Of a DNA stretch of 64,000 bases, positions 58,305-64,000 are shown piece by piece (the first letter of the stretch is position 1; each line of letters starts with the position of its first letter). The translations under genes were made by a program, and so were the position numbers. Source of the stretch: Rhizophagus irregularis (lineage: Eukaryota). A model generated the notes under the pieces. That model was not told where the DNA came from. It worked only from the letters and a program-made list of their open reading frames with translations, and did not search any database. Location: contig NC_089429.1 of the NCBI RefSeq assembly GCF_026210795.1, forward strand, positions 744,001-808,000. Reading direction: 5' to 3'.

Positions 58305-60772
58305 GTTATTCAAAGAAAAGGGAAGGGAGGTTGCTTTCGTTTCAAAATAATTAATATATTGTACAATTTATTTAGTGTTTCCATAAAAAGACAACAAGAG
58401 AACCAAAAATTAATATTGCGTCAATATTAATAAGTTACGACAGTTACGTAGTCATTATGATCCACAAGTCAAAATAACTTAAATCATTCCTTTTTTAAAT
58501 AATTCTGTTAATTTCATCCACCTGATCATCACACGTTGATTTTTATAATTTTGTTTAAACGCATATTTTTACGCTTTAAAGTATGATTTTAAAGCTTATA
58601 ATTTTTTTTTTACAAATTTGAGGTTCCTATTAAACAAAAAATTTTTTTTCTATTTTCTATTTCTATAATTTCTTTTTCGTAACACAAGATTTAACAGACC
58701 TAATGTGACATACCTGATCGACAAAAGATCCCAATGCAACCAATAGACTTGATATTCTCTGTTGATCGGCGTGGATGGGGAGTAATTTCTATGGCAAGCC
58801 ATTCAGCAGACTTTCATGGTAGATATCTGCTGTTTTCACGGTGGATACCTGCTAAATTTGCAGCAAATAACCGCTAAATTTTTGTAGCAGACAGCCGCTG
58901 GACATTTATGGCTAAAAATTTGAAAATCAGAAGAAATTAACTTTTTCCTGAAATTTTCAGTTTTGTAATATTCATAAACACTTGATTATTGAACTTGATG
59001 TAGCAACTGATTTGTTATATATAAATTTACTATCAGAGTTGCTTTTTTTTAAAATATTCCCTAGATAAATTTTTGTTAGTTAATTCTTTTTAATAATTTC
59101 ACAAAGATCTTTTATAATAGAAAGGTTTGTGCTGTAACGAAATCACAATAACTGGTTTATCGTTTTGTCCTAAGTAATTATTAATCACCAGTGAATGAAG
59201 ATTAGTCGCTAAGGAGGGTGCAATGTATTAAAAAAGGAAAAGTGAATTTTTAAACAATGAAAAAATGTATTAAGCATGACTAAATGATGATGAACATCCA
59301 AAAAAGGAAACCAAATTTTAACGTTAACGTTAACTTTCGTTCGTTTCTTAACATTAAATTTAATGCCAAAGCCCACCCACCACACTACATTTTTCATAAA
59401 AATTAGATAATTTATTAATTTATTTTTTTATTACATAATCATATTATAATTGAACAAAAATTTAATTGTTTGATCATAGTAAAAAAATAGATCTAGATGA
59501 ATATTTAATCATCATATATTATAATAAAATAATATTGAATTGTTTTAATAAAAAATGGATTTAGATAATTATTTAATCAATACATCATAGTAATATACAA
59601 ATATGCTTTTTCTAAAAAAATAATTCTTAATAAATAATAATAATAAAAAATACCTTGTACAATATTGATTTGTGTCATGAAGGATTTGTCAATGGATTAA
59701 CAAATTACATAGTTCAAAAAATGAATTTAAAACATCACTTATTTTTAACTGTTGAGATCACAACTTTTTTGAATTACAGAAATCACAAAAAAACTCACTG
59801 AAGGAAAATAGGAAGCTTGCGCAATAAAAGTTGCTCTTTACCTATTTAAAAGTAATAAAGTGAGTGTTTGATAATTATTTGAAATCGTTCAGTGTAACGA
59901 CTATAATGAATTTGCTTTTCTTCTTGAATTATTTATCTAGAACGCGTTTTATATATTTATTCCTATTATCTGACGTATTAGAGTAAGTTTTATTATATAA
60001 AATGATTACATGTTTTTCAATAATAAAAACAAAGAATAATTATTATGAGATCAATATGATTTGTGAGTTTTGTGAGTTTATTTTTTTAATGAGATTTGTC
60101 TAATAATTACATATTTTATATTATTTATATCGATTATTAAATATTTATTTGGTCAAACAACTATTGACAAAATCAAAGAAATTATTTTTATAATTAGGAA
60201 TTCATTATGTTATAATCTATATATTATTACAAAAATCATAAATTAAGTTAAGAATAACTGAATTTAATTCTTTTTTTACTTTTTTATTTAAATTATTCAA
60301 AGTTTTTTAATAAAATCCTAATGTATTCAATTCTATATATAAAAATTATATAAATCCTCTAAAGTCAAAGCAACGAGATTAACTATAATGAGCTTTGACT
60401 GTATTTAAATTTAATTCAAAAAAGAACTCCCACTTACTTTATTTACGTTTACTGTTAACTTTTTTTTACGGTAACCTTATTTAGTTAATTATTATTTATT
60501 ATTAATTTTAGATACCAAATAAAAATATAATTTTTAAATTTTATTAACTTGCTAATCTTCGATTTTTTTCATGATAAATATGAGCCTTACTACCGTTAGA
60601 TATCCCAGAATAAATTAAAAATTATCCTTAAGTTCAAAATAAAATAGGAATAAATTTTTTTATATACTAAATATTTTCATTTAAAGTAAATGTGTTTAAT
60701 TTCTTTCATCTATAATAAAAAAAAAATAGATTAATTAAAGTTTAATTAAAAATACATGCAAAAGTAATTACC

Positions 60773-62389
60773 TTAAGAATTAATATCAAGTTTAGTAAAA
60801 TCCATTTTTAAGGAATCTTTAAAATAAAGAATAATTATTATTATAAATAGATTGAATAATCATTTTGAATTAAAATTACCTGAATATTCTAAGTCATCAT
60901 TGTCTGCATTTTTTGGTTCGGGAAGATTTTTAAAATCTAAAAGTTTACTTATATAAACTGCTTGAGGATGTGTCATATATGAGAGAGTACTAGTAGACGA
61001 TGACGGTGTTGGAAATGATGATTTTTTATTAATTTCATCTGTTTCTTTAAATTGCTTATTAATCGCAGAATCTTTATCAGTAAAACGCAAATTCTTTAAT
61101 AACTTCCGTAATTCATCTGCTCTAGGTCGTTTTAAAGGATCTGCATCCCAACATTGATTAATAAGATCAAAAATCAATTGAGGAATTTTATAATTAGACT
61201 TCGGTCTCAACCCTTACAAATTTTTATTGCTAAGAAATCATCATGAGCTATATCATAATAAGGAGGGAAACCTGTACAAATTTCATATGCAATAATTCCG
61301 AATCCATAAATATCACTTGCTTGAGTATATTCTTTTCCTCTTAAAACCTCTGGAGCTACATAAGGTAATACTCCATATATTTTTTTATTACTATTTTGAG
61401 AGGATTTGACATTTGCCGGTTGACATAATCCCAAATCAGTAATATAAGCACTTCCATCAAAATCGTTTAATATATTCCCACAATGAAAATCATGATGAAT
61501 TAATCCTTTATCATGAATATCTTTAAGACCAAGTATAATAGCAGTTAAACTATACAACTTTTTCTTCCAATTCAGTGAAATGAAATTGTTATTTAAATAT
61601 TGTCTTAAACTACCAACTTTTAAACTCATCACCATTATAAAATTATTTGTTTTTGGATCTTTGGTAATACCAAAACAACGAACTACATGACCACTTGAAA
61701 GTGAACATGCTATAATATTTGATTCAACCTTAAAAGAAAATTATAGTTAGTTTAACATTTATTAAAGGATAATGAAGATTTATAAGAAAATATCTTACTT
61801 CTTTTAAAAAATCTGTTGTAATGTCTTGTGAGTTATGTAAACATTTTAAAGCAACTTTTGTTTTGCTTATTCTTTTCCATTGATTATAGTGATAATACCA
61901 ATTATCAATACATCCATCTTTCCAAACTGCCTTAAAAGTAGTTCCAAATCCCCCTTTTGCTAAATATTCAACATCTTCAAATTTATCATATTCAATCCAC
62001 TCTACGATTTGATCCATATGATTAGCTTCTAATTGTGCTTTTTGAATAAATTCATCAACTTCATGATTTCCACTTGTCCAATTTTTGAAATTTTGTTGAA
62101 ATCTTTTAGAATTACATGGCTGACAATAAGAATAACTAGTATTATTAGGCTGTTTACAATTTTTACATAAACCATTTTTTTTATAATGTTCTTTTAATTC
62201 TTTGTCTGTTATTAATTTATCAATTAACAATTCTTGTTCTTTAGTCAAATACCAATATTTGAAGTCTTTTATTTGTTCAAATATATCATCGCTTAGTTTT
62301 TCTTTATCAACTAACGACTTTTGTTCTTTAGTCAAACGATGATGACTAAAATTTTTTATTTGCTCAAATACATGTTTAATTTTGTCCAT
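60773..62389 (-). pseudogene. TKL-like Ser/Thr kinase with a 1-bp frameshift; exons 62389-61799, 61728-60880, 60816-60773
   Basis: NWTSGN, AKGGFG, VALK, HHDFHCGN, DLG and YVAPE are all intact. ICKG|LRP is broken at ~61210 (GGT TGA instead of GGT TTG AGA), either a real mutation or an assembly error. Confidence 0.8.
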
Positions 62390-63249
62390 TTTAATAAATA
62401 ATCTATTAAACGAAAGTATATTATTAATTCGTATGTAAAAATTAAAAAATAATGAGGTGAAACGTTATTTTATGTTGCAATTGATTTCAAGATCGGCAAC
62501 AAAATTATCAAAAAAAGACTAGTTAAAATACATAGAGGAAACACAACAATCCTGATCGACAATTAAATTTATTCAATTTTGGCAATTTTATTTAAATTCT
62601 CCATTAAAAGTAAGATTAAATGACAAATAAAATAAATAAAAGTTTAACTAAATATAGTAAGTATTATGTAACCAAGGATTATTAATAATAAGTGACGAAT
62701 TAAAAATGTTATTATAAACAATATATTTAAATTGATTGAAGAACTTTAGTAATATTTTATATATCATGGTAGGTGACAGTCATATAATTTATTGACGCAA
62801 TTGAAGGCTAAGCTTTAATAAATCTATTTATTCAAATGTATTCTAGAATATTTATCCAAAGAGAGAATTTGGGAATTTGTAATTGTTTTAAAGTAAATGA
62901 AACACAAATCTTTTCGCAAACTTATATAGATTGATATCGTATTGTAAAATAAAATTGATCTCATTAACGCTTACGTCATGCATCAATTTAGCTTATTTGT
63001 AATAATTTTTTTTTTTAAAAAAAAATATTCCACAAAAAATAATTTCGTAAAAAATAATTTTAATAGTTTAATAAAATTAATCAATTTATTTAATGTATTC
63101 AAATGATACGCATAATGTACTTATAGAGGGTAAATTATGTAAAAGGCGAAAAAATGTTTAGAAATAATAAATCTTACAAATCATACGTTCATATAATATT
63201 TTGCAGTATATACAGTATAATAATTTGTAAATATTTTCATTAAGTTTTA

Positions 63250-63800
63250 TATAAATTACAAACTAAGGAACTACTTACTCTAATCTTAATGTTTAAAAAT
63301 AATTCAAAATAAAACAATAATTGAATAATATATCTTTCAATAAAATTTGTAAATAGTTTAAAATCCATCTAAAAGAAAGAACAAATATATTATTGAATTG
63401 AAAATTTATTTTCTATATTATAAACTGATCTAAACACGAAAGATAGCGGTCCTTTATATCATATATTTCATCAATCCAATATTGCTGTATAAATTCTAGA
63501 GAATCCTCCTCAATATTTTAATATGGGATCCATTTAATAATAATAACATTTGGCTCAAGTGTTTCCATTTGACAATTTTTTATTAAATTATTAATATCAT
63601 TATTTCTAGATGTTCCACAAATTCCTCTTGTTCCTGAATAGAAAGAATTTTATCTCGGTCGTAACTTTATTGCTTAAATCTAATTGGTTCAGTTTTTCTT
63701 CTGCTGTAAGAGAATTATCAGCAAGAATTGTTTGATGCATAAATTAATATCCTCTGTGAATATCATTGCGGGTATTATTATCATATAACTATTAAGTGTT
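63250..63800 (-). pseudogene. Internally deleted kinase pseudogene
   Basis: Minus strand gives HQTILADNSLTAEEK, YDRDKIL, NNDINNLIKNCQMETLEPNVIIIKWIPY* and GGFSRIYTA, then jumps to the last intron + DGF* and a 3' UTR matching 27560-27690. Confidence 0.7.
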
Positions 63801-64000
63801 ACGTTATTAATTTTCTTCGAAGAGTGGACATTATTATTATAAAAGTGTACTAATATTCCTAATAAGGAAATTTGTACAAAATTCTTGTCATACAGATTTC
63901 CAAACACAGAAGTTTCATAATCAAATTGCATTACGTAATTCAAAAAATCAAAAAATCAAAAATCACCATAATAGTAATAGTTAATGTGATGTCACAACTG

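Overview
Very AT-rich eukaryotic (fungal) DNA with short GT-AG introns. The gene families (Crinkler, intronless F-box/LRR, TKL-like kinases with NWTSGN and NNPxLHS...EIPDDGF motifs) point to an arbuscular mycorrhizal fungus (Glomeromycotina, Rhizophagus-like); this is inferred from family content, not from a search. The window holds eight intronless F-box/LRR genes of two subfamilies, including a head-to-tail ~3.7-4 kb duplication, one copy with a large Q/S/T repeat insert, and an 'emptied' paralogous locus. It also holds a six-exon Crinkler-N + P-loop GTPase gene, a predicted pseudokinase, a frameshifted kinase, several kinase and F-box relics, and a single-pass membrane protein. Intergenic DNA is crowded with small transposons whose TIRs and TSDs can often be read directly (Tc1-like, hAT-like, Mutator-like, some nested), plus a 5'-truncated LINE. 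The most novel-looking element is a ~1.9 kb poly(A)-tailed, TSD-flanked retroposon (13729-15654) encoding only a coiled-coil + RRM-like protein with no RT, with a diverged second copy at ~55.8-56.5 kb. All calls were made by eye; no database searches were run.
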